From a virus (lineage: Duplodnaviria; Caudoviricetes), in the IMG/VR virus record IMGVR_UViG_2684623050_000001, positions 1-64,000 of that record: 64,000 nt of DNA. One strand, 5' to 3'. Positions 18,756-29,219 of the stretch are shown here, in pieces. The notes under the pieces were generated by a model. That model was not told the DNA's origin, made no database searches, and was given only the letters and a program-made list of their open reading frames with translations. Positions within the stretch are counted from its first letter, which is position 1; each line of letters starts with the position of its first letter. The position numbers were made by a program, and so were the translations under genes.

Positions 18756-19100
18756 CTACTTCACCCAAAACTTGAGGAGCGTGATCGCCGTGGCAGCGGT
18801 CGAGAGCGCACCGGAGATCAGGGCGGCCAGCGTGGCGACGGTCGCGGCGCTGGTGCGATACTTGGCGACGAGCTCCTTGAGCTCGGTGATCTCGGACTTG
18901 GCCGTGGTCAGCTCGGTCTTGGTGAGTGCCAGCTCGGCCTTGGTCTGCTGAAGGTCGAAGGAGGTCGCCTGGAGCTGCTCCTTCACCTTGACCATCTCGC
19001 GGCTCGTTTCCTTGAGCTCGTCGCGAGCCTCGGTCACGGTGGCGACCATGAATTCCATGCGTGCCATCAGGGCAGCAACGTGAGCGTCAGTCGTGGACAT
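18756..19100 (-). CDS. Coiled-coil membrane-anchored protein (lysis cassette)
   Basis: Heptad repeats and a C-terminal TM segment. GAGGG RBS before MSTTD. Confidence 0.6.
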   Translation of the reverse strand: MSTTDAHVAALMARMEFMVATVTEARDELKETSREMVKVKEQLQATSFDLQQTKAELALTKTELTTAKSEITELKELVAKYRTSAATVATLAALISGALSTAATAITLLKFWVK

Positions 19101-19177
19101 CGCGGCCCTCTTCGGTGAATCAGTCAGCACTGACTTATTATCGCACCGACGGGTCCGCGATGGAACCTTTTGGAAAC

Positions 19178-19537
19178 CTACTTCGGCCAATCAATGCCCG
19201 CGGCATCGAGAACCTGCCGGATTTCGGCGTGCGTTTTGGCCCGGTCGATCGCCACGTTGACGGCCTGCCGGCCGAGTTCGAGCACGAGCGCCTGGTCGTC
19301 GGACGCCTTCTGGATCGCCTTTGCCATCGCCAGGGCGTCGAGACCCTTCAGCTCGGCTTCCGCCTCGATGTAGGTCGAGCTCTCGCCGGCCAGCACGCGC
19401 TTGGCCTCGGCAAGCTTCAGGGCGTCGGTGCGTGCGAGGGCGCCGGGCCGCTGCTGCTCCTGGAGCTCGGCATAGTGCTCGATCGCCTTGGCGCGGGCGG
19501 CCGTCTTGAGAGCCGCGAGGGAGCGTCCGAGGATCAT
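19178..19537 (-). CDS. Hypothetical tail-associated protein
   Basis: Coupled ORF downstream of the tail tip gene. Confidence 0.6.
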   Translation of the reverse strand: MILGRSLAALKTAARAKAIEHYAELQEQQRPGALARTDALKLAEAKRVLAGESSTYIEAEAELKGLDALAMAKAIQKASDDQALVLELGRQAVNVAIDRAKTHAEIRQVLDAAGIDWPK

Positions 19538-19968
19538 GCCGTCACCGTGAGCGTGAAGGTTGCGGGGAGATAGGGGAAGGGCTCGCAGGTGATCGTGTAG
19601 ACGCCGGGCGAGGTGAACCCGACGACGAGATCCCCACCCTCGTGCGCGTGGGAGCCCGTCTCAGGGCCCGTGAATCTGATCGAGCAAGCAGGGAGCCCCG
19701 CGAGCACGCTTTCGGTCTCTACGGGCACGCTGGGCGGGTTGAAGGCCCCGTCGAAGCTGGGGCGCTTCTTCACGGTGGGCTCGCCGGTGAGATCCACGTA
19801 GTCGAGCATGCGGTCGGCATCGACGAAGAGGACGGACTGCCCCTTGGGGCAGTTCTCCTCGCTCGCCTTCCAACCCTGAATGCCGGTGCCGTGGATGCGA
19901 CCCTCCGCGTCGTAGAACGCGAAGGGCCGGAGTTCGAGGTAGCCGGGGTGGATGTCGATGGTGCTCAT
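19534..19968 (-). CDS. Hypothetical tail-associated protein
   Basis: Beta-rich ORF directly downstream of J. Confidence 0.65.
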   Translation of the reverse strand: MSTIDIHPGYLELRPFAFYDAEGRIHGTGIQGWKASEENCPKGQSVLFVDADRMLDYVDLTGEPTVKKRPSFDGAFNPPSVPVETESVLAGLPACSIRFTGPETGSHAHEGGDLVVGFTSPGVYTITCEPFPYLPATFTLTVTA

Positions 19969-19979
19969 TCAGTGGTGAC

Positions 19980-22900
19980 TTACTTCGTAAGCTCAATAAT
20001 GGAAAGGTTCATGCCCTCGGCCTGCCCGGTCGAGGATTCGATCGTGTAGGAGTGGTAGCCCGCTCCCGGCTGGTGGACGACCTCGATCGGCGTGGTGCCC
20101 CAGTAGTAGTTCAGGAACCGATCCATCCAGAAGTTCTGAGCGACCGTGGCGATAATCCAGCGCCGGCTGCCGTCGTTGTTCGGGTTGAAGTAGATGTGCA
20201 GGTAGCCGGCAGCCGTTCCACCCCAGTTGGTGTTCGGGTTGTTGTTGCTGATGCCCCGGATCTGGAGCTTGGCTTCGTTCGTGCGCACGGCGACGCCGAG
20301 CACCTGCGCGCCACCCGCGCCCCAAGAGCCGGCGAGAGCCTGGGAGACCGCGCCGTTCTTGATGTTGGCCGTGTCGACTTCGAGGTAGCCGATCTTGGCC
20401 GACGTGATGGCGCCGTTCTCGATCTTGGCGTTGTTGATGATCGCGTCGTCGATCATCGCGCGGCTCACCCGCAGGTTACGGATGAAGGCCGCGTCGATGT
20501 AGGCCTCGTTCTGGTCGACCTGGAAGACGTGCCGGCCGTCATTGGCGCGCACGATGATGCCGTGGCGACCGTTGTCGTCCTCGCCCCAGAAGCGACCGGT
20601 GTTGCCGATCGAGATGACCTCGACCCCGTTCGGGTTGAAAACGCGCATCATGCGGGTCGGCACGTCGAGCGAGAACCGCGACGAGCCGATGTAGATCGCG
20701 CTCGACGCCGTGATCGTGCCCGCACCGAGCTTGTCGGCCGTCACCTGGTTGGCGCCGATGTGGCCCGCGGTGATCTGGCCCGCGGCGATGTGGCCCGCCT
20801 GGATCTGACCGGCCGCGATCTGGGCGGCGAGAATGGTGCCGGTCCGGATCGTGGTGCCGTCGATCTGGGTCGCCCCGTAGATCGAGTTCAGATTGGCGTA
20901 GCCGTCATAGGTCGCCATCAGCACGCGGTTGCCGGCGAAGGCCGTGCCGAAGTCGCTCGTGACGTTCAGGTAGCCCGCGAAGGGCTCCCAGTAGAGGTAG
21001 AGGTAGGCGCCGTGGACGTAGGAGCCGCCCGCGACGTAGGTCGAGGCCGGGTTGCCGTTGTCGTCGGTGTAGCCGATCCAGCCGGCTTCCCAGTTGACCC
21101 GCGCGGCCTCCTTGTCACACCACATCCGCAGGCCGGAGATCTTCAGCCCGCGCGCGCCGATCGACAGCTTGTTGGCCGCGATGGTGTTCGCGGAAATCTT
21201 CCCGCCGTTGATCTCGGCGTTGTTCGGGCCCGAGAGCCAAGACGTGAGCGAGGCCCCGCCGCCGATCTGGATGCGGTCGGCATAGATCGAGTTGGCCGCG
21301 ATCTCGTTACCGGTCAGCGTCCCGTAGGCGATGTAGTCGGCCGTGATCGAGCGCGCGATCAGGCGGTCAGCCGAGATCGTGCCCGCGATGATCTTCTCGG
21401 CATGCAGCGAGTTCGTCGCCACGATGCCGCCGTCGATCACGGTGGACGAGTTCGGAGACCAGACCGAGTAGGCGGACTGGTTCGGCTGCGCGTTGCCGAG
21501 ATAGAGGCCGGTCCAGAACGTGTAGGGGTCCGTGCCGCCGGTCCAGGAGGTCCGGCAGATCGGCACCATCATGACGGCCGTGGACGGCGCCACGCCGAAC
21601 GTGCCGGTGCGCGGCCACGCGCTGAGCGGGCCGTTCGCCTGGTTGTTCGTGATCGCGTTGCCCCAGGCGATGCCGACTTCCTGGCCGGCAGCGTTGAGGA
21701 ACTGGAGACCGACGACGGCCGAGCAGCGGTGAACCGAGACGTAGGCCGTGAACTCGTAGCGCTTGTTCGGCTCGCACGGGTAGCGGTTGTCCCAGCCCGT
21801 CTGGGTGCGACGGCGCAGCACGTAGTCCGCGACCGAGCCGTAGCTCGGCACGCCCGGACGATGCACCATCGCCGAGCCCATCGTGGACGGAGCCCAGTCG
21901 GTGTTGCGCGCGATCGTCGCGGCAACGCCGTCGCTCCACCAGTTCGCGACCCAGGCGGCGATGTTGTTGGTGAAGTCCGAGCCGAACAACAGATTGCCGG
22001 CGCCCAGGCCCACGCCGATCTTGTCGGCCGTCACCGCGCCCGCATCGAGCTGCGCCGTCTTGATGGCGCCAGCCGCGATCTGAGCAGCCGTGATGGAGTT
22101 GGCGATGAGCCGGTCGGCGTGGATCGAGTTCGCGCGGATCTCGTTACCGGTCAGCGAGCCAGCCACGATGTTCTCGGCGCCAATGGTGCGCGCCGCGATC
22201 TGCCCCGCGGTGATCGAGTAGGCGACGATGTGTCGAGCCTCGATCGAGCCCGCGGAGATGGCCGCAGCCGTCACCGAGTTGGCAGCCAGCTGCCCGGCCG
22301 TGATCGAGTTCGCGACGAGACGATCGGCGTGGACGCCGCCTGCCTGGAGCTGCTGCGTCGTGATCGTGCCGGCAACGATGTGCCAGGCCGCGATCTGGTT
22401 GGCCGCGATGTTCGTCGCCGTGATCGAGTAGGCGGCGATCTCGTAGGCCGTGATGGCGCCGGCCGCGATGTTGCCGGCCTCGATCGAGCGGAAGGCGAGC
22501 TTGTCACCGGTGATCGTGCGAGCCGCGATGACGTCGGCCGTCAGCGTCCCCACGGCGATCTCGTTGGCCGTGATGGTGCGGGCGGCGATCTCGCGCGCGG
22601 TGATGGTGTCGACGACCAGACGGTCGCCGTAGATCGAGCCGGCCTGGATCTGCGGCGACGCGATGGCGCCGTCCGTGATCTGGACGCGCGTGATCTGACC
22701 GGCGAGCTTGCCCGCGCCGACGGATGCGATCTGCGCATCGACCACCTGGCCGATCAGCTTCGAGGCTTCGATCGCCTTGAGCTGCGCAGCCGACAGCTGG
22801 CCGATCAGCTTCGTCGCCTCGATGGCTTCGAGCTGGGAGGCCTTGAGCTGACCGATGAGCTGGTTGACGCCCAGGCTCTCGATCTGGGCCGCGACGATCT

Positions 22901-25900
22901 TGCCGATGAGCTTGTTGGCTGAGATCGCCTTCAGCTGATCGTCCGTGAGCTGACCGGCGAGCTTGGCCGCGTCGATCCGCTCGATCATCTCGTCGGTGAT
23001 GAGACCGCGGATGTCGTCGACGTTGACCTCGGCGACGACGAGCTCCCACTTGCCGTTGCGCAGCTGGTAGAGCTTGCCGTCCCGTTCGTTGGCGATGATC
23101 GACGGGCCGTCGTAGCCAGCCGGGTCGGGCAGGCCGTCGTAGGTGCCGATCAGCGAGAGGCCGCGGGCGAACTTCGTCTGGTCGAGAATGCCGTTGGCGA
23201 TCTCTTCCTTCTGAAGCTGGGGCGAAACGGCCGAGATTGGACCCACGAAGTCGGAGCGAAGCCCCGACGTGTTGACCGTGCGCGCCCAGTAGAGGCGCTT
23301 GATGCCGACGGACAGGTTCTTGTCGAAGGTGAAATCCTGCGGCGCGGCCACGCGGCCGAGCAGCGTGCTCGATACGGCCTGATCGTCCGAGCTCCAGATT
23401 TCGGTGAAGGCGAGATCCTTGTCGGCCGGCAGGGTCCAGGTCAGACCCGCGGTCTGAAAGTTGGTCGTGACCTCGAAATTCGTGACGGGACCGGGCGCGA
23501 CCTCGTTGAGGGGCGTCGTGATCTCAGCCTCAAGCGACCAGGCGCTCTCGATCGCCGAGCCGTTGAGGGCGCGGACGCGAACGCGGTAGCGGGTGGCCGG
23601 CTTCAGGCCGTGACGCTCCCAGGAGGGCGTCTCGGTGCCGCCGTCGCGCAGGAACTCGGTGTCGGCCTCGGCGATCTCGACCTGGTAGGTCTTGAAGTTC
23701 TCGGCGATGGCCGGGTCCCAGACCGCCTTGATGAAGGCCTGGAGCGTGCCGTCGGCCGTGAGCTCGGAGCCCGTCTCCAGCTTGAGGCCGGTCGGGATCT
23801 CGGGCGCCACCGTGTCGATGATGCGGTCGATGACGATGACCTTGTAGGCCGGCGAGATGTTGAGGTCGGTCTTGCCGAAGGCGTCGAAGCCCGCGATCCG
23901 GATGTAGTAGGCGGTGTTCTTGGCCGCCTTGAGCGCGACGAGGCTGTTGTCGCCCTCGTAGACCGGCTTCGTCGTCAGCGGATCGAAGTCCGGATCGAGC
24001 TCCTGCCAGATCTGGACGCCGCGGAAGTCGAAGTCGGCCGGACGGTCGTAGCCGGCGTAGATGGTCTCGGTCGTGGTCTGCAGGTCCGGGACGATGAGGT
24101 CCGGAGCCGGGTTCGAGACGACGAGCGCAGCCGGGTTGCCCTCGCGACCGTTCATGTCGCGGGCGCGGATCTGCACCCAGAAGCGGCGCCGCGGCCCGCC
24201 GTCGGCGAGATTCTCTGCGAAGGTGTAGGTGAAGGTCTGGGTCGGCGCGACCCACTCGGACAGGACCTCGCGGGTGTCGAGGTCGAACACGCGCACGAGG
24301 AAGTCGACCTCGTAGGGGACGGTCCCCTCGGGCCAGGACACGCCCCATTCGAGCGTCGCGTCGGGGCCGGAGAACTCCGATCCGCCGCCCTTCACCTGAA
24401 GGTCGACGATCTCGGGCCCGGCCATGCCGTCCCAGCCCTTGGCCTCGAAGGTCAGGGTGGCCGGCACCGACAGCTTGTTGTTGATGCCGATCGCGGTGAG
24501 CGAGAAGGTGTAGGTGCCGGCGCGGATGTCGTCGATGTCGATCGAGGTCGACGAGACCTGCCCGTATTCCCGCTCGCCTTCGGGCGTCGTGGCGTTGACC
24601 GCGTAGCGCGCCGACATGAAGTCGTCGCCGGGCGTCCACGACAGCGAGATGCGCGAGCGCGGGTTGCCGTCCTTGAAGTAGAGGCTCTCGGTCGCCTTCA
24701 GGTTCGTCGGCGGCTTCACCGTCGCCTTGGGGCGGGTGTAGCGGATCGGTTCGAGGATGATCTCTTCCTCGACACGGGCATACTTGAGCGGATCGTGGAA
24801 CAGCGCTGCGATCTTGAAGGTGTTCTTCTTCTCCTCGCGCACCGACAGGACGCGATACTGGCGCGGCGCGACGTCGGTGCCCGTGATCGCCCAGTTGGCG
24901 AAGGGAAGGATCTGCTCGGGCGGCTGATGCGCGAGCACCGCGACCAGATTGTCCTGCTCCCAGCCCTGGATCTCGTCGGTCCAGAGGTCGCCAGACGGCA
25001 GCATCACGGAGATGCGGTAGCTCTCGCCCGCGACCGGCTCGAAGGCCTTGTCGAGCGTCAGGCGCAGACCGGCATTGGCAGCCACGCGGCCACCCAGGCG
25101 CACCTGCGCCTTGCGCGGATCGGCGATGGCGACGATGTGGCCGGGCTTGATCGGGTCCTTGGCGAGGGCGTCGATCGAGCACTCGAAGTCGACCGTCTCG
25201 GTCGCGGTGTGCTCGGTGTCGAGCGTCCACTTGCCATAGCGGTAGGCCTGGCCGCGGCTGGTGCAGCCGATGGCCTGGATGTCCGTCTGGCGCCAGCCGA
25301 ACCGGTCGAGCGCGTCATCGTGCTGCACCAGCTCGATCGCGGTCCGGTAGAAGTCGTTCGGGTCGTTCCAGGTGACGGCCGCGACCGAGTGCCGGGCCTT
25401 CTTCGCGGTGCCGGAATAGTTGAACTGGCCGCCGATGACATTGGCCGGCGAGAAGATCTTGTCCACGTCGCGCGGCGAATCGGCCACGGCGAAGACCTGG
25501 CCGAGCGACCAGAACGCCATGCCGCGAAAGATCGTGCAGACGTTCTGGAGGACCTTGAAGGCCTCGTCGCGCGAGTTGATGACGCTATTAAAGGTGAAGC
25601 GCGGCTCGCGCCCGCCGAACCCATCGGGCACCAGCTGGTCGCAATACTGCGCGATCTCGTAGAGACCCCACTTGTCGATCTTCGAGGCGTCGACGAACTC
25701 GCCCAGGCCGTAGCGGTTGGCCGTGAGCAGGTCGTAGAGCACCCAGGCCGGGTTGTTGGTCCAGGCGCGCTTGAAGTTACCTTCCCAGAAGCCGTTGTAG
25801 GTCCGGGTCTCGGGGTCGTAGTTGTCCGGGACCTGAACGATGAGGCCCTTGACGTCGTAGTAGCGGGCCGGGATCGACGAGCCGAAGTTCTCAGCATCGA

Positions 25901-26648
25901 GTTCCAGGGCCACGAGCGCCGAATTCGGATAGGTAAAGCGGCCGGCGACGATGACCGAGTAGCTCTCCCAGACGGTCGAGGACTGCTCGTATTCGTTGGG
26001 CGCGTCGGCGTTGATGCGGCGCACGCGGATGTCCCAGGGGAACCCGTCCTGCGGCAGCTCGACGACGTGGGACTTCTGGTAGGGAGAGGTCGTCTTCTGG
26101 TTGAAGATCAGCCCGCGGACGATCGAATCCCACTGGCTAGAATTGTGCTTGCGGATCTCGATGACGTAATCGACCGAGGCCGGCTGCAGGTTTCCCGTGC
26201 TCTGATTTTGATAGAGCAGGCTTGGAATGTTCATGATGACGCGGAAAGCGGTCGCGTTACGATCCGCAATCGTGCGAATCGGCGGCTCCTGCTTCTGCTT
26301 GACCTCGACGTTGACCTGGTAGGGCGTCTCGGTCTGCGGGAAGCCGCTCAGAGCCTCCTGATCCGGGAGACCCACGCGCTGCTGCCAGGTGACGCCGGTG
26401 AAGTTGGCCGAGCCGTCCGTGTTCAGGAGCGGGGTCGCGTCGAAGTAGATCGACTTGGCGCCGTCTACGAGGCCGACGATTTCACCCTCGCCGAGGAGCT
26501 CGACCACGCGAGCCTTCGCGTTCGAGCGCAGCGTGTTGGCCGCGTCCGATCCCTTCTTGGAGCCGCCCTTGCCGCCGCCTCCCATGAGGCCGCCCGAGCC
26601 GTGAATGTCAGTGCTGACTGATGTCAGCGCGCGCACGTCGTCCGTCAT
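19980..26648 (-). CDS. Tail tip / central tail fibre protein (lambda gpJ-like)
   Basis: ELLGEGEIVGL, YPNSALV, AWTNNPAWVLYDLL, EPRFTFN, GCTSRGQA, FN3-like domains, long I.A..IT repeats. Start could be 26585. Confidence 0.92.
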   Translation of the reverse strand: MTDDVRALTSVSTDIHGSGGLMGGGGKGGSKKGSDAANTLRSNAKARVVELLGEGEIVGLVDGAKSIYFDATPLLNTDGSANFTGVTWQQRVGLPDQEALSGFPQTETPYQVNVEVKQKQEPPIRTIADRNATAFRVIMNIPSLLYQNQSTGNLQPASVDYVIEIRKHNSSQWDSIVRGLIFNQKTTSPYQKSHVVELPQDGFPWDIRVRRINADAPNEYEQSSTVWESYSVIVAGRFTYPNSALVALELDAENFGSSIPARYYDVKGLIVQVPDNYDPETRTYNGFWEGNFKRAWTNNPAWVLYDLLTANRYGLGEFVDASKIDKWGLYEIAQYCDQLVPDGFGGREPRFTFNSVINSRDEAFKVLQNVCTIFRGMAFWSLGQVFAVADSPRDVDKIFSPANVIGGQFNYSGTAKKARHSVAAVTWNDPNDFYRTAIELVQHDDALDRFGWRQTDIQAIGCTSRGQAYRYGKWTLDTEHTATETVDFECSIDALAKDPIKPGHIVAIADPRKAQVRLGGRVAANAGLRLTLDKAFEPVAGESYRISVMLPSGDLWTDEIQGWEQDNLVAVLAHQPPEQILPFANWAITGTDVAPRQYRVLSVREEKKNTFKIAALFHDPLKYARVEEEIILEPIRYTRPKATVKPPTNLKATESLYFKDGNPRSRISLSWTPGDDFMSARYAVNATTPEGEREYGQVSSTSIDIDDIRAGTYTFSLTAIGINNKLSVPATLTFEAKGWDGMAGPEIVDLQVKGGGSEFSGPDATLEWGVSWPEGTVPYEVDFLVRVFDLDTREVLSEWVAPTQTFTYTFAENLADGGPRRRFWVQIRARDMNGREGNPAALVVSNPAPDLIVPDLQTTTETIYAGYDRPADFDFRGVQIWQELDPDFDPLTTKPVYEGDNSLVALKAAKNTAYYIRIAGFDAFGKTDLNISPAYKVIVIDRIIDTVAPEIPTGLKLETGSELTADGTLQAFIKAVWDPAIAENFKTYQVEIAEADTEFLRDGGTETPSWERHGLKPATRYRVRVRALNGSAIESAWSLEAEITTPLNEVAPGPVTNFEVTTNFQTAGLTWTLPADKDLAFTEIWSSDDQAVSSTLLGRVAAPQDFTFDKNLSVGIKRLYWARTVNTSGLRSDFVGPISAVSPQLQKEEIANGILDQTKFARGLSLIGTYDGLPDPAGYDGPSIIANERDGKLYQLRNGKWELVVAEVNVDDIRGLITDEMIERIDAAKLAGQLTDDQLKAISANKLIGKIVAAQIESLGVNQLIGQLKASQLEAIEATKLIGQLSAAQLKAIEASKLIGQVVDAQIASVGAGKLAGQITRVQITDGAIASPQIQAGSIYGDRLVVDTITAREIAARTITANEIAVGTLTADVIAARTITGDKLAFRSIEAGNIAAGAITAYEIAAYSITATNIAANQIAAWHIVAGTITTQQLQAGGVHADRLVANSITAGQLAANSVTAAAISAGSIEARHIVAYSITAGQIAARTIGAENIVAGSLTGNEIRANSIHADRLIANSITAAQIAAGAIKTAQLDAGAVTADKIGVGLGAGNLLFGSDFTNNIAAWVANWWSDGVAATIARNTDWAPSTMGSAMVHRPGVPSYGSVADYVLRRRTQTGWDNRYPCEPNKRYEFTAYVSVHRCSAVVGLQFLNAAGQEVGIAWGNAITNNQANGPLSAWPRTGTFGVAPSTAVMMVPICRTSWTGGTDPYTFWTGLYLGNAQPNQSAYSVWSPNSSTVIDGGIVATNSLHAEKIIAGTISADRLIARSITADYIAYGTLTGNEIAANSIYADRIQIGGGASLTSWLSGPNNAEINGGKISANTIAANKLSIGARGLKISGLRMWCDKEAARVNWEAGWIGYTDDNGNPASTYVAGGSYVHGAYLYLYWEPFAGYLNVTSDFGTAFAGNRVLMATYDGYANLNSIYGATQIDGTTIRTGTILAAQIAAGQIQAGHIAAGQITAGHIGANQVTADKLGAGTITASSAIYIGSSRFSLDVPTRMMRVFNPNGVEVISIGNTGRFWGEDDNGRHGIIVRANDGRHVFQVDQNEAYIDAAFIRNLRVSRAMIDDAIINNAKIENGAITSAKIGYLEVDTANIKNGAVSQALAGSWGAGGAQVLGVAVRTNEAKLQIRGISNNNPNTNWGGTAAGYLHIYFNPNNDGSRRWIIATVAQNFWMDRFLNYYWGTTPIEVVHQPGAGYHSYTIESSTGQAEGMNLSIIELTK

Positions 26649-26658
26649 CGCGCTCTCC

Positions 26659-27297
26659 TCAGCCTTCCTGAACCGTGCCGGAGCGGACAGCCCCGATCGG
26701 GATGTCCTCGACGTCGATGCCGAAGGAGATCGGCAGCGAGCCGGTCATCACGCGGCCGTAGATCAGTGGGACCGGGTTGCCCTGCTCGGTGTTGTTGCCG
26801 GGACCCGAGAAGGAGAAGCTCTCCTCCTTCTTGGTCTCGTCCTTCGACTGCTCCTTCTTGGCGAGCATCTGCGAGACACCGGTGAGCGCCATCGAGACGC
26901 CCAGCATCGCAACGGTGCCCCACATCGAGCCCGCCGTAAGACCGGCAAGCGGAGCAGCCAGAGTGCCGCCCGAGGCAAAGATCGCCACACCAATGAGTGC
27001 GACTCCGAGAATGGTCTTCAGGATGCCGCCCGACTTCTTCGAGCCGGCCGTCACGGGGACGATGTGCAGATCGCCTGAGCCCAGGCGGAACTCGTTGATG
27101 TGCTCCTCGACGAGACGCATGCCGGTCGAGCGCTTGCCGCGGATGACCTCGTAGGAGCCCTCGGACAGAGCTTCGAGGAAGCGCTGCGGGAAGTTGGCCG
27201 CGAGCGCGCGCACGGCTTCGCCGGCCGTGGCGACGTTGAGATTGAAGGGGCCGCCGAACAGCTTCTTGAGCCGGCCGTGGAGAACGATCTTACGCAT
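26659..27297 (-). CDS. Tail assembly protein I-like
   Basis: LHGRL..FG, T.GEAVRAL, IVPV..G, FSG..N...QG.PVPLIYG. Confidence 0.88.
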   Translation of the reverse strand: MRKIVLHGRLKKLFGGPFNLNVATAGEAVRALAANFPQRFLEALSEGSYEVIRGKRSTGMRLVEEHINEFRLGSGDLHIVPVTAGSKKSGGILKTILGVALIGVAIFASGGTLAAPLAGLTAGSMWGTVAMLGVSMALTGVSQMLAKKEQSKDETKKEESFSFSGPGNNTEQGNPVPLIYGRVMTGSLPISFGIDVEDIPIGAVRSGTVQEG

Positions 27298-28117
27298 GGT
27301 TAGTCACCGATGACTTATCTTCCAGGGCGGCAAGACGCCGGTCGTTTGCTTCGTGGCGCAGCCAGGTGTGGACGGCTCGCGCCCAGATCCCGATCGGCTC
27401 GCGGCGTGACGCGCGCGTCGGCAGGTGATGCAGGATCAGGTGGCCTTCGAGCAGGACCCCGCAGTGGTTCGGGGTAGGGCTCTGGATGTTCACGAGGAAG
27501 GCATCGCCCGGCCGGGCTTCGTTGGCCGGGATGATGCGGAAGCCGTTGGCCCGGTAGTGGTCGAGCAGCATGTTCTGCGCGGCGAGCTCGCCCTCCTTGG
27601 CCCACCAGCCGTCACGCCGGGGCCAGTCAGGGAAGCTCACAGGGTCGAGCGGCCAGCCCGAGACACCCTGAGCAGCAAGCGCGTCCCGACCCAGCCGGTA
27701 GACGTCCCTGCCCAGGCAAAAGCAGTCCGCGACCCCGTGAACGAACGAGCGCCCAATCACCGGGGCGGGTTCGCCCTCGCTATCCCAGATGATCGGCGGG
27801 GCGATGTCCTTGTCGTCGAGGGCAACGATGACCCACGGCACAGCCGTCTGCTGCTGACCCTGCATATCCTGCGCGCTCGGGTAGAGCGGGCCGTTCGGGT
27901 GGCTGTGGACGACGGCCTGAACCTCCCTCCCCTCCTCCGCGAGCCTGGCCCAGATCTCGCCCGCGATGACGAAATCCGTCTCGGGGTCGAGCGCGTAGTT
28001 GAAGCAGGGCAGGTAGGCACCGTCGACCACGAGGCCGCAGGCTTCCTTGGGGAATTCGCGACGCGCATGCGCCTCGGCGGCCTGACGGGCGGCGACGGGG
28101 AGTTCGTAGCGCATCAC
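27290..28117 (-). CDS. Tail assembly protein K-like (JAB plus NlpC/P60)
   Basis: FPKEACG, VHSHP..PS..D, FVHGVADC, NHCGV, ILHH. Confidence 0.88.
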   Translation of the reverse strand: MMRYELPVAARQAAEAHARREFPKEACGLVVDGAYLPCFNYALDPETDFVIAGEIWARLAEEGREVQAVVHSHPNGPLYPSAQDMQGQQQTAVPWVIVALDDKDIAPPIIWDSEGEPAPVIGRSFVHGVADCFCLGRDVYRLGRDALAAQGVSGWPLDPVSFPDWPRRDGWWAKEGELAAQNMLLDHYRANGFRIIPANEARPGDAFLVNIQSPTPNHCGVLLEGHLILHHLPTRASRREPIGIWARAVHTWLRHEANDRRLAALEDKSSVTNHA

Positions 28118-28818
28118 TGCCTCACGCGGGCCATGCCGGGAAAGCCCCAGAAGGGGAGCGGATTTTCCTTGCCGAACCGGAGCTCGCAGTCGGACAGGCG
28201 CCGGCCGCAGGCGTCCTTGTCCGGGCTCGTGGGTTCACCCTTGCGGTTGAAGCAGGCCTCGCCCGTGTAGGGACAGGTCGCCTTCGAGTAGTCGAAGGTG
28301 CCGTCCCGATTGCGCCGGTAGCGGGCAACGCAGGTGTCGCGCAGCGCCTGCCGGCCAGGGATGAGTCGACCCTGCTGGTCGATCGAGGCCGAGAGCTTCC
28401 ACTCGATGAAGATCGGGTTCTCGGAGACCTTCTGCTCGATCTCGAAAGTGTCGGGGCCGAAATAGGCGCCGGGGTCCGCGTCGGGCATGCCGTCGAGGAA
28501 GCGCGCGTAGGTGCGCACGCGCTGCATCTTGCAGCCGATCAGGTCGTCGCCATAGGTGTTCACGAGGCCCTGGATGACCTCGTTGGTGTTCGACAGCTTC
28601 ACGGTCGGCGTGGGCAGCGCGCCCTGGCCGTTCAGCTCGTAGCCGGAGAAGTCGAGATCGACGGCCGTGTAGGTGACGCCGCCGAACTTGACAGCGCCGT
28701 CGGCATGCGCCGACTGCGTGAAGAAGTAGACCTGCCCGCCGATCGGAGTGCAATCGAGGCGGAACAGGAACACCTGATCGCCGGGCGACCGGCTCTGAAC
28801 GGCGGAATGGATCGACAT
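28114..28818 (-). CDS. Minor tail protein L-like
   Basis: RTYARFLD, C..RYR, CPYTG, DACGRRLSDC..RFG, FWGFPG. Confidence 0.9.
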   Translation of the reverse strand: MSIHSAVQSRSPGDQVFLFRLDCTPIGGQVYFFTQSAHADGAVKFGGVTYTAVDLDFSGYELNGQGALPTPTVKLSNTNEVIQGLVNTYGDDLIGCKMQRVRTYARFLDGMPDADPGAYFGPDTFEIEQKVSENPIFIEWKLSASIDQQGRLIPGRQALRDTCVARYRRNRDGTFDYSKATCPYTGEACFNRKGEPTSPDKDACGRRLSDCELRFGKENPLPFWGFPGMARVRQ

Positions 28819-28872
28819 GAGGGCCCTGTGGGAAGGTCCTCATGATAAGTCAGTGGTGACTGACGTTCAACC

Positions 28873-29211
28873 TCAACCGAGGTTGAAGCTCTGGCGAAAT
28901 ACGCACTCGATCTTGTTGGGCGTGCCGCGCGTGCGGGTGATCTCCTTGCAGGTCCACTTGAGCTGCTCGGCCGTGTCCGAGAGCGTGTAATAGAAGTGGT
29001 CCGCACCCTTGTGCTTGCGGATGAACCCCTCGATCTGGTCGGCCTGCTCGACGTTGAGCCAGTCCCAGGACAGGCTCACGACGCGCCGGACGCTGTTCAT
29101 GCCGTCGCCCATCGTCTGGGTGTAGCCGTCGCCGAAGTCGGCTTCGAGAAGCTTGAACTCCGGCTTGTCCTGGGACGTCGTGGGCGGAAGGGGCGGGTCG
29201 AAGGTTTCCAT
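28873..29211 (-). CDS. Minor tail protein M-like (distal tail)
   Basis: FGDGYTQ..DGMN, F...H.G..F, C-terminal FRQ.F. Start METFDPP. Confidence 0.85.
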   Translation of the reverse strand: METFDPPLPPTTSQDKPEFKLLEADFGDGYTQTMGDGMNSVRRVVSLSWDWLNVEQADQIEGFIRKHKGADHFYYTLSDTAEQLKWTCKEITRTRGTPNKIECVFRQSFNLG

Positions 29212-29219
29212 TTCTGTCC